Below, piece by piece: positions 11,420 to 24,196 of a stretch of DNA of 64,000 nucleotides. A program made the position numbers and the translations under genes. A model generated the notes under the pieces. The model saw only the letters and a program-made list of their open reading frames with translations. It had not been told where the DNA came from and did no database searches. The first letter of the stretch is position 1. Every line of letters starts with the position of its first letter. This stretch comes from Eledone cirrhosa (Eukaryota), in NCBI GenBank assembly GCA_964016885.1, contig OZ024744.1:69130001-69194000 (forward strand), read 5' to 3'.

Positions 11420-14400
11420 CAAAGCCTCTGGATAAACAACATTCTTGGTTTTGCCCTGTGGTCTCACAATGAAGAGACAATCAGGGTTACCAACCCTTGT
11501 TGTGCCAACATAGAGTTGAGCATGTGAAAAGACAGGATCTGCCAGATTCAACCCAACGACTTACAATGATTGCCCTTGAGATTTATTAATGGTCATGGGA
11601 AAACTGAGCCTGATCGGAAATTGAGCCAAATTAGTTGGCTTCAGAGGTATTCTGGGAATGAAGCAATTTTCACCAGCAAATTTTCCTGGCATGATTGCAA
11701 CTTCTAGAATATTGGACATCATATTTTTGATATCCAATATTCTTGTGCCATTACAAAGTTTTGGAGGATCCAGATTGCGAAATAGCATAACCGATTCTCC
11801 AAGCTTCAGTATCAGGTTGTATGGAGGAATTCCCGCTCGTTCAAGACTGTTCAAAAATTCAGTTGGATAGTTTACAATCTGGTCTTGAGAAGTAATTGTG
11901 TCAACTGATTTGTAGCATATTTTCTCTCCCGGTAACATCTCCAGCAGTCTTCTGTTGATTTCTTTCACAGCAACATTTTTAGGTGCTAAGATTGCTCGTT
12001 CACAGAGCCATTTCGGATCCCATTGCCTGATCTGAATGTTTGGAAACACTCAGGCAATCAGTTCTTGTTCTGTGTCAATGATATGGCCAAATGACAAGAA
12101 GTCCATTTCCCAATTTAAGTAGTTGGATAGCAAACTCACTGACACCTTCGTCACCAGTTAAGTGCACTTGCATGTTGGTTGTAAGGCTCAGCAGCTGAAA
12201 GTGGGGTCAGAGATAGGATGTTTTCAGACAGACATTGACTTGATCAGCTCGAGTCCCTTGAAGAATTACAGACAGAGTTTGTCTGAAATCACCAGCAAGA
12301 AGCATTGTCACTCCTCCCATTATGCAACTATTTTCTCTCAGATCTCTTATCGTCCGATCCAAAGCTTCAATTGCTCCTTTATGGCTCATAGTAGCTTCAT
12401 CCCAAATTATCATCTTGCATGTTTGCAGTAGCTTGCCCTTGGGTGAGTTCTTCTTGATGTTGCAAAAAGATTGTTCATGCTCTGTGAGATCTATGGGCAG
12501 CTTAAACATGGAGTGTGCAGTTCTTCCTCCATCCAGAAGTGTTGCTGCAATGCCACTTAAAGCCACAGCATGGACAATATGCTGCTTTTGGCGAACTTTT
12601 GCAAGCAGGAGGTTTATGAGGAATGTCTTGCCTGTGCCAGCAGGAGCATCGATGAAGACCCCCCCCCCCCCCCCCCCCACTGTCATTTTGAATGTTTGCG
12701 ATGATGTTGTGGTAGGCGTATTTCTGATCATCCATCAATCGAGGTTCATTTTCATCCACAAACTTACGCAATATCGTAGTTTGTCTCCCGAAAAATGTCT
12801 TGTTTCCTCCATTTCTTCATCTGGCTCTGGCATCCCGCACTTAGCTAATGTGCTATTCATTGCCCGAACTCGATGGGACAAGTCACAGAGAGCTTGATTG
12901 TAAATCCTCGGGGTATATTCCATATACATATTGCCATGATGTCTTCGGGTTAGGTGTAGATAATCGTCCGACATATTTTTTTTTTTTTGTACTCCTGCCA
13001 GAGTAGATGAGCTTCATCAATTCCACATGCGATGAGCATAATAGCAAATAATTGTCTTATTTGACTGGCTACTTGAGTAATTACTGCTTCTTCTAGGCAC
13101 TTCTTCCAGTGTCCATTGTCATGCAGGTCTCCATGCTGTTTACATGTTTCTTGGTATGTTGCGCACTTCCTTCCTCTGAAGCACCTAAGATCCTCAAATG
13201 ACCTTGGTCCTCGAAAAGTATGCAGAAGTAGCCGTAAATAAAGACATTCTCTGTTGTTGGGATGGACATTGTAAACACGCCCAATAGCATCACTTGATTT
13301 GACTTGGTCCACGTATAGTATGTTGGGACTTCAGCATATAGAAGGGATCGAGCAAATTCATAATTCTGGCAGAGTTTAAAGAAAACAGTTAGTGTAGTGT
13401 CATGTGATGCTTGTGCCAACTGATGAGCAGTGATCTCAGTGAAGTACACTCTCTGTCCATTTTCCAGATGGACTGCGAGGTTGACCACTATTAGGTGGCG
13501 TTGGTGGATATCAAATCCAAAGATTCACCAGATAGCTTCATTGCTGGAGATGTATCGACCTGTTTGATACCGTTTGACCTCATCTAGCCCACTATTATTG
13601 AGTTCTTTGTCAGTAATGAAGGTAGCCATATCACTGCCCTTGTTGATATATTTTGTGACATATAGGATTGCCTTGACAGAGCTGCAATACTCATCATTGA
13701 TATGAGCTTTTAAAAGTTTACACAGCAATTTGTTGTGTGAGACGACCCACTGATTGTTTATGGTCAGCTCCTCTCCTCGAACTGTTAGGCTTGAAGTATT
13801 GCCTCCATGTTCTGGTCTACGCCTACCATAAAGGGGGTGGGGTCAGTCCGGGTTTCCCGAATAAAAGCTCTAGGATAATGTTTGCTGCATTTTTTATCTT
13901 TCATGCAGGGAGAGGCTGGACTGATGACTCCACATGGACCATGAATGAGTTTGGACTTGATGGTTTCAAAGAGCTCTGGATCATCACCTTTATCAGGCAA
14001 CTCTGCTGAAATGATCTTATCAACATCATCTGGTCTTATCTTCCCCTTGCACTAGATTAGTGTGTGAGAGTGAGGAAGATCTCTCTTCTGCCACTCAATA
14101 GTGGTCAGTCAAGCACTAAGCTCACCAAAGATTCTTTCTTCTTTTAGGAGCCAGATGATTTTTTTTTTTTTTTTTTTTTTGCATTTCATGGAAAACCCGA
14201 GCAATGAGGTCATGTCGATCCTTTGGTTTTTGATTTTGAAATAATTCATTTCATATTTCTGACCAGTTTGAATTGCATGTAAATGTAATGAAGAGATCTG
14301 GCCGAACAAATTTTCTGACATAGGCCATTGCATCTTGCGTACGTTCATGCATGTAACGTGGTCCTCCCGTGAAGCTTGATGGTAGTATGACTGGCTGGCC

Positions 14401-15730
14401 AATATTTCTTGGGTCAACATAAGGTGGATGTAGTTATCTGCCCTCAACTTAGTTTGATTCCTTCGCAGAAAACCCAATATTTCTGTTTCAATTTTAGCAT
14501 ATATGTCCACCATGAACTGGCTAGTTACTTCTTTGAATCGCAGAACTTGGTTGAAGTGATCACGTACCATGAAATGATAAACATAGAATTCTGTGCAGTT
14601 GATTGATCGGCCAGTTTCTTGTCCCGTTTCTGGGCTGATTTGCCGTAGCTGAAAATGATATCCTTCTTGACCATTCCAGAAGATGAGCGGATATTGGAGT
14701 GAATCATAGGCTCTATGAGTTTCACAAATTCGCTCCAAATGTTCACTTTATTTTTGCAAAATATATATGACACGTCGTTCATGCTGTTCACCAACCATTA
14801 TGATTGCAACTTCATCAGTGACAGGTGCATTGAATCTGCGTTCATGTTCTGAAGCTGGGAGTTTGTCTGCTCTAATGATGATTTTACGATCTCTGGTGTT
14901 GTTCATATGCTCCTGTGCATATTTAAATAGACTGACGTACATGTGATGTTGGGGAAGCATTTCTTGTAACTTTATGACTATGTAGAACTGCAATCCACCA
15001 TGGACATTGGTACATCTTTGTTGTGCCTGTGTTTCATTTCCACCCATGAAGTAAACCTGCAGTAATTTGTGAGGCTCCTGTGAAAGTGGCAGAAGGCCAC
15101 CCATTAAGTGGTAACACTGTCCCTGAATTTTATAAGTTGTACAGAATCTAAAGTCAATCACATTCCTGTCAGCCCCAAAAGATATCATTTGAAAGGCAGA
15201 ATTGTGTATTCATTGAAGTGTCATGCTTCTGGTGTATGCTGAAGGAGCAGATTCTTCAGAAATTCAGGAGGTTTTTGTATTGTTTTAAGGCTCACTTTTC
15301 CTTTTGAGCAGCATATACTTGGTGTTTCTGCTTCCCACTTCTTGGCACCACAATACTGGCAGCATTTGTTCATTTTCCCAATGTTGATTTGTGGATTACT
15401 GCTGTAGTCCTTTTGCGGGTCATAAGAAAAAGCACCCATCAGCCTGTTCATTTTACTTGTGGCTTGTTCTCCTGCTCGGGCAGTAGAACGATATTCTTGA
15501 TTAACATTTCGTCTGATTTGCTGCTGTTCCTCAATTTGTTGTTCTCGTGTAGCAGCAGTCCTTTGTTCCCTTTCATCCAAACCGTGTGCTCGTGGTAAAG
15601 CTGTTTGGGCTCTGTTAGCAGCTAGACGGGCATGCCGAACTTCTTCACTTTCTTCAGATCGCTGTGTTTTCTTTCTCTTAGCCTCTGAAGATGACCTTCC
15701 TTATAATGATCTGGAACGGTTTTTAGGCAT
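11420..15730 (-). pseudogene. Helitron RepHel (HUH Rep + PIF1 helicase), multiply frameshifted
   Basis: Start MPKNR at 15730; CxxCG..W..E....CC..GK; IEWQKRDLPHSH (~14060-14100); YVTKYINKG; LAVHLENGQ; DAPAGTGKT; IIWDEATM; GDFRQ; LCNGTR; TINKSQGQSL. Confidence 0.95.
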
Positions 15731-15757
15731 TTGAAGTGATATTATTACACACCACAC

Positions 15758-15825
15758 GATAAAATAAAGTACCAGTAATGCACTGGAATAATTGCTGGCC
15801 TTGTGCCAAAAGTAGAAACAATTAT
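15758..15825 (+). mobile_element. 5'-truncated SINE inserted in the Helitron 5' region with 17-bp TSD
   Basis: ATTATTACACACCACAC at 15741-15757 and 15821-15837. Confidence 0.85.
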
Positions 15826-16119
15826 TACACACCACACTCTTTCCGAAATAGAAACAACTATAGAATGTATTGTTCACTCAGTAAAGTTGTTTTAAATGAT
15901 CTCTTTATATGAATGTATATTAGGTGTAATGAATTTTAGACATATGAAGAAAATATTGGGATTTCAGATTGTATTCTGAAATTATCATTTCATATCCCCC
16001 CTCTCTCTACAGAATAGAAAACAAAAAATAAAGAAAAGATAAATAACATTAAGGAAGCGGGAGAGTTAAAAAGTGTGTAAAAATAATAAATAAATAAAAG
16101 TTAACAATGCTTGCGTCTT

Positions 16120-16400
16120 TCCCTCTCTCTCTTTCATCGTCTTTCTCTCTCATCCCCTTACTCTCTTTCTTTTTATCTCACATCCCCTTACTCTCTCTCT
16201 CCCATCTCCCACTCTCTCGCTTTCTCTCTTATCCCTTACTCTCTTTCTTTCTCTCTCACATTCACTTACTCTCTCTCTCCCATCCACTTACTCTATCTTT
16301 CTCTCTCATCCCCTTACTCTCTCTCCAATCTCCCACTCTCTCTCGTTCTCTCTCATCCCTTACTCTCACTCTTTCTCTCTCCCATCCCTCACTCTCTTAT
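16120..16400. repeat. CT-rich degenerate minisatellite (catcccttactctctct) inside the Helitron
   Basis: Seen directly. Confidence 0.85.
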
Positions 16401-17300
16401 CTACAGACTGGAGAACATAAAAAAACAAAATGGATGATCTCTTTTGATAGTCATTAGAAAATAAGATAAATTGAATTTAAATGAATTCGTTGCTTTGCAA
16501 AGTAAAACTTTTTCGACCGTTACCTGTCCGAGTGTATAGTGAATATGTACATGTAATTTTGAGGAGTTTGGTCCGGTAGTTTGCTAGTTTTAGGCGGACA
16601 CTCAGAATCGTAAACTTGCATTTATATATATATGTAGATAATGTCGACATTATTAAAAATACAAAGTGCCCAAAACAAATTGTGACATTGAAGGGCTTAA
16701 TGTGTTATAATCTACCAGTTCAATAAAAGATAAAAGCCGCAACAACCAGATTTGGTGACGTTATACTGAGCAGTGTACTAAATATAGAAGTACACAAAAG
16801 GGCCAGATTATGACGTTTGTGAAGATATGAATTGATATGATTGCGATCTAGTGAGCTTGTTATCTCGATAGATATTTTAAAGTTTTAAGCAAGAGTTAGT
16901 AAAAAATAAAATAAAAATTGACAAACATACATACATGATGATGGTTGGCCCCTCATTATCGAGTATGGCCATTGCACGATATACCATTATTAATAACGCA
17001 TCATCAATCAAGCTATTTATGGTGGTGTCATACCCAAAGGCTGGTGCAGCAGTATTCTCATAGATTGTTACAAAGGTAAAGGGGATGCTCTGGAGAGGAG
17101 CAATTATAGGGGATATATATCCATACAAACTTACATACATACATACGTAAATACATACATACATAAATTGTGAAAAATTTGTGAAATTATAAAACATGAA
17201 GAACATACATACATATATACAAACATACATGCAGACATACATACATACACACACATATACATACATACATACATACATACATACATACATACATACATAC

Positions 17301-17902
17301 ATGGTGGCTGCCAACTCGTTTTCGAGTACGGCCACTACTTTATATCCATGTAGGAGAACCCCTACCGATGCGCTGAACGAATGTGACTTTAGTCCAACCA
17401 GCGACTTGAAAACTCTGGCACAAAGACTACACTTGTGACCATTATTGACACATAGTGCAGGGCCCATGGTACCATGTGATGACAAGTGCAGAGAGATCTC
17501 CAGATATAAAGCAATGCCTGTGCTGTGAAGCTTTTATAGTGAGCAAAGGCACTGCACAAAGCCAGTCCCACTCTCTTAACCAAGATGATATTTACCAAAA
17601 AGAAGAACAGGTCAACATCATTGGATACCATCAGGATTGCAGGTGTTATATCAGAGTTTTCCTTCTCCTAGAATTCTGCCTTGACAAAGGCTAAGGGGTC
17701 ATCTCTCCCGGTGATTTTGGATGGCTATTGACTCTTAAGAGCTCCCTTGCCCTTTGACAGGTTTTGTTTTTAGTCCTGCAGGATGTCCAAAGTCACCCTC
17801 CTCACCAAGAAACCTTGGTGGGGTTGCCAGTTTAGTCGCCAACGACCCGACCATGAGACAGGTTGTACTGGGATACATGTTACCAGTAGCACCAACTGGT
17901 GA
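17301..17902 (-). mobile_element. RTE-derived bipartite non-autonomous element, copy 1
   Basis: RTE-like 5' UTR (ctaggagaaggaaaactctga; gagtgggactggctttgtgcag) fused to an RTE 3' end with C2H2 remnant CSLCARVFKSLVGLKSH and a (TATG)n tail. Confidence 0.85.
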
Positions 17903-17933
17903 TACATACATACATACATACATACATACATAC

Positions 17934-18543
17934 ATGGTGGCTGCCAACTCGTTTTCGAGTACGGCCACTACTTTATATCCATGTAGGAGAACCCCTACCG
18001 ATACGCTGAACGAGTGTGACTTTTTAGTCTAACCAGCGACTTCAAAACTCTGGTACAAACACTACACTTGTGACAATTATTGACACATAGTGCTGGGCCC
18101 ATGGTACCATGTGACGACAAATGCAGAGAGATCTCCAGATATAAAGCAATGCCTGTGCCGTGAAGCTTTTATAGTGAGCAAAGGCACTGCACAAAGCCAG
18201 TCCCACTCTCTTAACCAAGATGATATTTACCAAAAAGAAGAACAAGTCAACATCATTGGATATCATCAGGGTTGCAGGTGTTATATCAGAGTTTTCCTTC
18301 TCCTAGAATTCTACCTTGACTAAGGCTAAGGGGTCATCTCTCCCGGTGATTTTGGATGGCCATTGACTCTAAAGAGCTCCTTTGACCTTTGACAGGTTTT
18401 GTTTTTAGTCCTGCAGGATGTCCAAAGTCACCCTCCTCACCAAGAAACCTTGGTGGGGTTGCCAGTTTAGTCGCCAACGACCCGACCATGAGACAGGTTG
18501 TACTGGGATACATGTTACCAGTAGCACCAACTGGTGACCTGAC
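17934..18543 (-). mobile_element. RTE-derived bipartite element, full-length copy 2
   Basis: Near-identical to copy 1; 5' end GTCAGGTCACC. Confidence 0.85.
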
Positions 18544-18737
18544 ATACATACATACATACATACATACATACATACATACATACATACAAACATATATGCA
18601 TACATATATACATACACACACACATATACATACATACATATACATACATACATATATACAAACATACATGCATACTTACACACATACACACACAGAGATA
18701 CATAGACACATACATACAAACATACATACGTACATAC

Positions 18738-18953
18738 ATGGGGGCTGCCAACTCGTTTTCGAGTACGGCCACTACTTTATATCCATATAGGAGAACCCCT
18801 ACCGATGCGCTGAACGAGTGTGACTTTTTAGTCCAGCCAGCGACTTGAAAACTCTGGTACAAACACTACACTTGTGGCAATTATTGACACATAGTGCTGG
18901 GCCCATGGTACCATGTGACGACAAGTGCAGAGAGATCTCCAAAGATGCCCTTT
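18738..18953 (-). mobile_element. RTE-type 3' fragment (copy 3)
   Basis: Only the shared 3' ~200 bp is present. Confidence 0.8.
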
Positions 18954-19033
18954 GACATACACACATACATACATACAAACATACATACAAACATACATAC
19001 ATACACACATACATACACACATACACACATACA

Positions 19034-19064
<31 letters not shown>

Positions 19065-19077
19065 GTATGTATGTATG

Positions 19078-20091
19078 ACCATCTTGCTCAGGTTTATGAG
19101 CATGAAAAAAGAAATATCATTAGAATAGCGACTGATCTGGAGGAGAGATATGGAATAAAGCCTGATATAAATCTCTCACCCAGAGAAATCGGAAGATCCT
19201 ATTCAATGTTCAAACAAGAAAAAAAAATTGACCAATTTACAGAGAAAGTTGTGCATGGATACTTGAGGCGTAAAACACAGACCATAGAGGGGATAAACCA
19301 CTCAAAAAGCCTGGCATGGAGTTCCGACAAGTTTATGACATCACACCTTGAGGGATATCTCTATGCAATACAGGAACAAGAACTCCCTACCAAATATCTG
19401 CTGCACAAAAGAGGAGGGCCAGCAGCTGACAATAAATGTAGGCTATGTAAAACAAAGATCGAGGATGTAAGCCACATTGTTGCCAGCTGCGAAAGAATGT
19501 CATCTCGCTACTACCTCCCCATGAGACACGATGGGATAGCTAGAACCATCTGGAACGCACTTCGGAAAACAAAATTAACAACAAACGAGGAAGAATATAT
19601 TGAGACAGATGGCACTAAGGAATACTGGTGGAACCTGAAAATAAAAACTGCCACCAAATTAAAGCACAACCGGCCTGATATTGTAGTTTGGGACCACACA
19701 TTGAAAACGTGTTCTGTTGTGGAGATCAGCTGCCCACTTGATGTAAACGTTGTCAGAAAAATACAGGAGAAGGAGGACATCTACGGACCATTGATGAGGA
19801 GCTTACAAATCCAGTATCCAAGATACACCTTTAGCTTCATACCCATCATTATTGGAGCTACGGGTTATATACCAACCCGCTTGGACCAAAGTATGACCGA
19901 ACTTGGATTTGCGGACAAAAAGCGCAGCTCCCTAATTCATAGTCTACAAATGGCTGCGATAGCTGGCACCTTCAAAATATAGCAAAACATTCTTGCGATT
20001 CAAGGGATGACAATTTCTTTTCTTTTACAACCTTGCCACCAGGAAGGTGGCCGGTCAAAAAAATATACTCGAAATTAAGAGAAAGAGAAAA
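19078..20091 (+). mobile_element. R4/Dong-like RLE non-LTR retrotransposon family 1, 5'-truncated
   Basis: CRLC...HIVASC (CCHC), RHD and NRPDIVVWD...VVEISCP (RLE). The 3' end gaaattaagagaaagagaaaa runs into (CATA)n. Confidence 0.92.
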
Positions 20092-20137
20092 CATACATAC
20101 ATACATACATACATACATACATACATACATACATACA

Positions 20138-20165
<28 letters not shown>

Positions 20166-20168
<3 letters not shown>

Positions 20169-20855
20169 TGAGACAGATGGCACTAAGGGATACTGGTGGA
20201 ACCTGAAAATAAAAACTGCCACCAAATTAAAGCACAACCGGCCTGATATTGTTGTTTGGGACCACACATTGAAAACGTGTTCTGTTGTGGAGATCAGCTG
20301 CCCACTTGATGTAAACATTGTCAGAAAAATACAGGAGAAGGAGGACATCTACGGACCATTGATGAGGAGTTTACAAATCTAGTATCCAAGATACACCTTC
20401 AGCTTCATACCCATTATTATTGGAGCCACGGGTGGATTGACAGTATCGGTAGAGGGTCGGACGCCATGCTTTCCAGCATAGTTACGTCCCTTTACGATCT
20501 GAGTTCAAATCCCGCCGAGGTTGACTTTGCCTTTCATCCTTACGGGGTCGATAAAATAAAGTACCAGTAATGCACTGGGTAATTGCTGGCCTTGTGCCTA
20601 AAGTTGAAACAATTATTGGAGCTACGGGTTATGTACCTACCCGCTTGGACCAAAGTATGACTGAACTTGGATTTGCGGACAAAAAGCGCAGCTCCCTAAT
20701 TCATAGTCTACAAATGGCTGCGATAGCTGGCACCTTCAAAATTTGCAAAACATTCTTGCGATTCAAGGGATGACAATTTCTTTTCTTTTACAACATTGTC
20801 ACCAGGGAGGTGGCCGGTCAAAAAAAATATACTCGAAATTAAGAGAAAGAGATAA
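20166..20855 (+). mobile_element. R4/Dong-like family 1, 5'-truncated, interrupted by a SINE (~20430-20615)
   Basis: RLE C-terminus; the SINE is flanked by a duplicated ATTATTGGAGCYACGGG. Confidence 0.9.
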
Positions 20856-21743
20856 CATACATACAGGACACGTCGATAGAAATGTCGCCAAGAATTGATA
20901 AATATTTATCTTCGAAGGTAGCCATCAGCCATGATAAGCTTATATGGTCGACTTTGACTACTCATGGAAAGCATAACAAGATAGTTTCAGTCTGCAGATA
21001 GATGTTGGTTGAAAACTATAAAGTTATTTATATATACTAGCAGAAAAACCACCCTCGCCTCGTTTTCTGCTAGCGTGTATAGTGTGTATATTGATATTAT
21101 ACGCAAGTATATATACATGTAGATATGATACATCAAATAAAATCGTAATTGGCAATATACACAGAAATTGAACGAAGACGTTGTTACACTGTCTTATGTA
21201 ATCAGTAACGTAATCCATGATACATTAAAAAAAGACGATATTATATATAAACTGCATTAAGAGAAAATTAGTGACAGAAAATTAGTATGTTTATTTAAGT
21301 GATAGCCACCGGAAGTGTTGACATCACACACTTTCTCTTTCTATATATATAGTAGTTGAAGTGGTGGTGGTGGTGGTGGTAGCAACGATATACCGGAAGT
21401 GCAACTTTGAAAAGAAGTCAATTTTAAATTATTTATTTTTACGAAATTATTTTTGTTTACAAATTTAGTAGACGAAATTTAGTAGATAAATTATGTAATA
21501 TTCATTCATTATTTATTCAAAGTAATACAACTTATTTTACTAACGGGATTAAAAACAAATAAACCGTACGCAGACCTTCCCTTATTATAGTTTAGATTTA
21601 TACACCGACATAAAACACAAACACAACAATGTTACTAGCAACAGAGAATCTACTTACGTATGTATGTATGTATGTATGTATGTATGTATGTATGTATGTA
21701 TGTATGTATGTATGTATGTATGTATGTATGTATGTATGTATGT

Positions 21744-22360
21744 GTCAGGTCACCAGTTGGTGCTACTGGTAACATGTATCCCAGTACAACCTGTCCCATG
21801 GTCGGGTCGTTGGCGACTAAACTGGAAACCCCACCAAGGTTTCTTGGTGAGGAGGGTGACTTTGGACATCCTGCAGGACTAAAAACAAAACCTGTCAAAG
21901 GGCAAAGGAGCTCTTTAGAGTCAATGGCCATCCCAAATCACTGGGAGAGATGACCCCTTAGCCTTTGTCAAGGCAGAATTCTAGGAGAAGGAAAACTCTG
22001 ATATAACACCTGCAACCCTGATGGTATCCAATGATGTTGACTTGTTCTTCTTTTTGGTAAATATTATCTTGGTTAAGAGAGTGGGACTGGCTTTGTGCAG
22101 TGCCTTTGCTCACTATAAAAGCTTCACGGTACAGGCATTGCTTTATATCTGGAGATCTCTGACCTCTCTGCACTTGTCGTCACATGGTACCATGGGCCCA
22201 GCACTATGTGTCAATAATTGTCACAGGTGTAGTGTTTGTACCAGAGTTTTCAAGTCGCTGACTGGACTAAAAAGTCACACTCGTTCAGCGCATTGGTAGG
22301 GGTTCTCCTACATGGATATAAAGTAGTGGCCGTACTCGAAAACGAGTTGGCAGCCACCAT
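21744..22360 (+). mobile_element. RTE-derived bipartite element, full-length copy 4
   Basis: Same consensus, between (TATG)n tracts. Confidence 0.88.
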
Positions 22361-22432
22361 GTATGTATGTATGTATGTATGTATGTATGTATGTATGTAT
22401 GTATGTATGTATGTATGTATGTATGTATGTAT

Positions 22433-22771
22433 ACCCTGATGGTATCCAATGATGTTGACTTGTTCTTCTTTTTGGTAAATATCATCTTGGTTAAGAGAGT
22501 GGGACTGGCTTTGTGCAGTGCCTTTGCTCACTATAAAAGCTTCACGGCACAGGCATTGCTTTATATCTGGAGATCTCTCTGCACTTGTCGCCACATGGTA
22601 CCATGGGCCCAGCACTATGTGTCAATAATTGTCACAAGTGTAGTGTTTGTACCAGCGTTTTCAAGTCGCAGGCTGGACTAAAAAGTCACACTCGTTCAGA
22701 GCATCAGTAAGGGTTCTCCTACATGGATATAAAGTAGTGGCCATACTCGAAAACGAGTTGGCAGCCACCAT
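22433..22771 (+). mobile_element. RTE-derived element, truncated copy 5
   Basis: 3' 340 bp of the consensus. Confidence 0.85.
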
Positions 22772-22832
22772 GTATGTATGTATGTATGTATGTATGTATG
22801 TATGTATGTATGTATGTATGTATGTATGTATG

Positions 22833-23342
22833 TTCTTCTGGTTTTATAATTTCACAAAGTTTTACCAATAGAGAGAGAGTCGGTTTCTGACAGACACAAC
22901 ATCAACTAGGTAGATATGTATGTATGCATGCATGTGTAGATATGGATGTTATTGTATGTGTGGATGTGTATGTTTTGAGTTGTATGTGCTTTGCATCCGT
23001 ACATGTGTATATGCAGTTATTAGATGCAACATTTTTGGAATGTTTTACATATTTTTACTGGATTGTAATTGTAATTTCCTAACTAGTTGTGTTCTTTCTG
23101 TTCCTGTGAAGCCTAGCTTCTCAAGTTTTGTATCGAGGCTGTTACTAATATACCCCAGTGCTCCAATAATCACAGGCATAAATCTGAAGGTATAATCAGG
23201 GTGGAGTATCTGCAGATTTCTCATCAGTTCTGCATAAATATTCTCCTTTTCACCAATATTTGATATTATATTGGCATCTGCTGGGCAGCTAATTTCCACT
23301 ACTGTGCATGTTTTCTTTTCCCTGTCACATATCATAATATCT
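22833..23342 (-). mobile_element. R4/Dong-like family 2, 5'-truncated
   Basis: CTVVEISCPAD...FMPVIIGALG. It has a distinct 3' end, gtgaaattataaaaccagaagaa, running into (CATA)n. Confidence 0.88.
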
Positions 23343-23550
23343 GTATGTATGAATGTATGTATGTATGTATTATGTATGTATGTATGTATGTATGCATGTA
23401 TGTATGTATCTACGTATGTATGTATCTACGTATGTATGTATGTATCTACGTATGTATGTATCTACGTATGTATGTGTGTATGTATGTATGTATGTATGTA
23501 TGTATGTATGTATGTATGCATATATATGTATCTACGTATGTATGTATGTA

Positions 23551-24057
23551 TTGGTGAGGAGGGTGACTTTGGACATCCTGCAGGACTAAAAACAACCTGT
23601 CAAAGGGCAAAGGAGCTCTTAAGAGTCAATGGCCATCCAAAATCAGGGGAAGAGATGACCCCTTAGCCTTTGTCAAGGCAGAATTCTAGGAGAAGGAAAA
23701 CTCTGATATAACACCTGCAATCTGATGGTATCCAATGATGTTGACTTGTTCTTCTTTTTGGTAAATATCATCTTGGTCAAGCGAGTGGGACTGGCTTTGT
23801 GCAGTGCCTTTGCTCACTATAAAAGCTTCACGGCACAGGCATTGCTTTATATCTGGAGATCTCTCTACACTTGTCGTCACATGGTACCATGGGCCCAGCA
23901 CTATGTGTCAATAATTGTCACAGGTGTAGTGTTTGTACCAGAGTTTTCAAGTCGCTGGCTGGACTAAAAAGTCACACTCGTTCAGCGCATCGGTAGGAGT
24001 TCTCCTACATGGATATAAAGTAGTGGCCGTACTCGAAAACGAGTTGGCAGCCACCAT
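23551..24057 (+). mobile_element. RTE-derived element, truncated copy 6
   Basis: Consensus match. Confidence 0.85.
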
Positions 24058-24196
24058 GTATGTATGTATGTATGTATGTATGTATGTATGTATGTATGTA
24101 TGTATGTATGTATGTATGTATGTATGTATCTACGTATGTATGTATCTTCGTATGTATATATGTATGTATGTATGTATGTATATATGTTTTTATATG

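Larger units (their letters stand above)
10457..16638 (-). mobile_element. Full-length Helitron with both termini
   Basis: On the minus strand the 5' end is TCTACATATATATATAAA (16638) preceded by A. The 3' end has hairpin TACCCGG/CCGGGTA (10467-10486), then CTAG, then T. It sits at an A|T site with no TSD. Confidence 0.9.

Noticed and set aside
11561-12731. Host PIF1 helicase gene
   Set aside because: It is intronless, frameshifted, fused to a HUH Rep and lies inside Helitron termini.
17389-17631. Recurrent MVSNDVDLFFF... small ORF as a conserved peptide
   Set aside because: It recurs only because the copies are near-identical, spans a UTR/3'-end fusion, and is absent from the related subfamilies.
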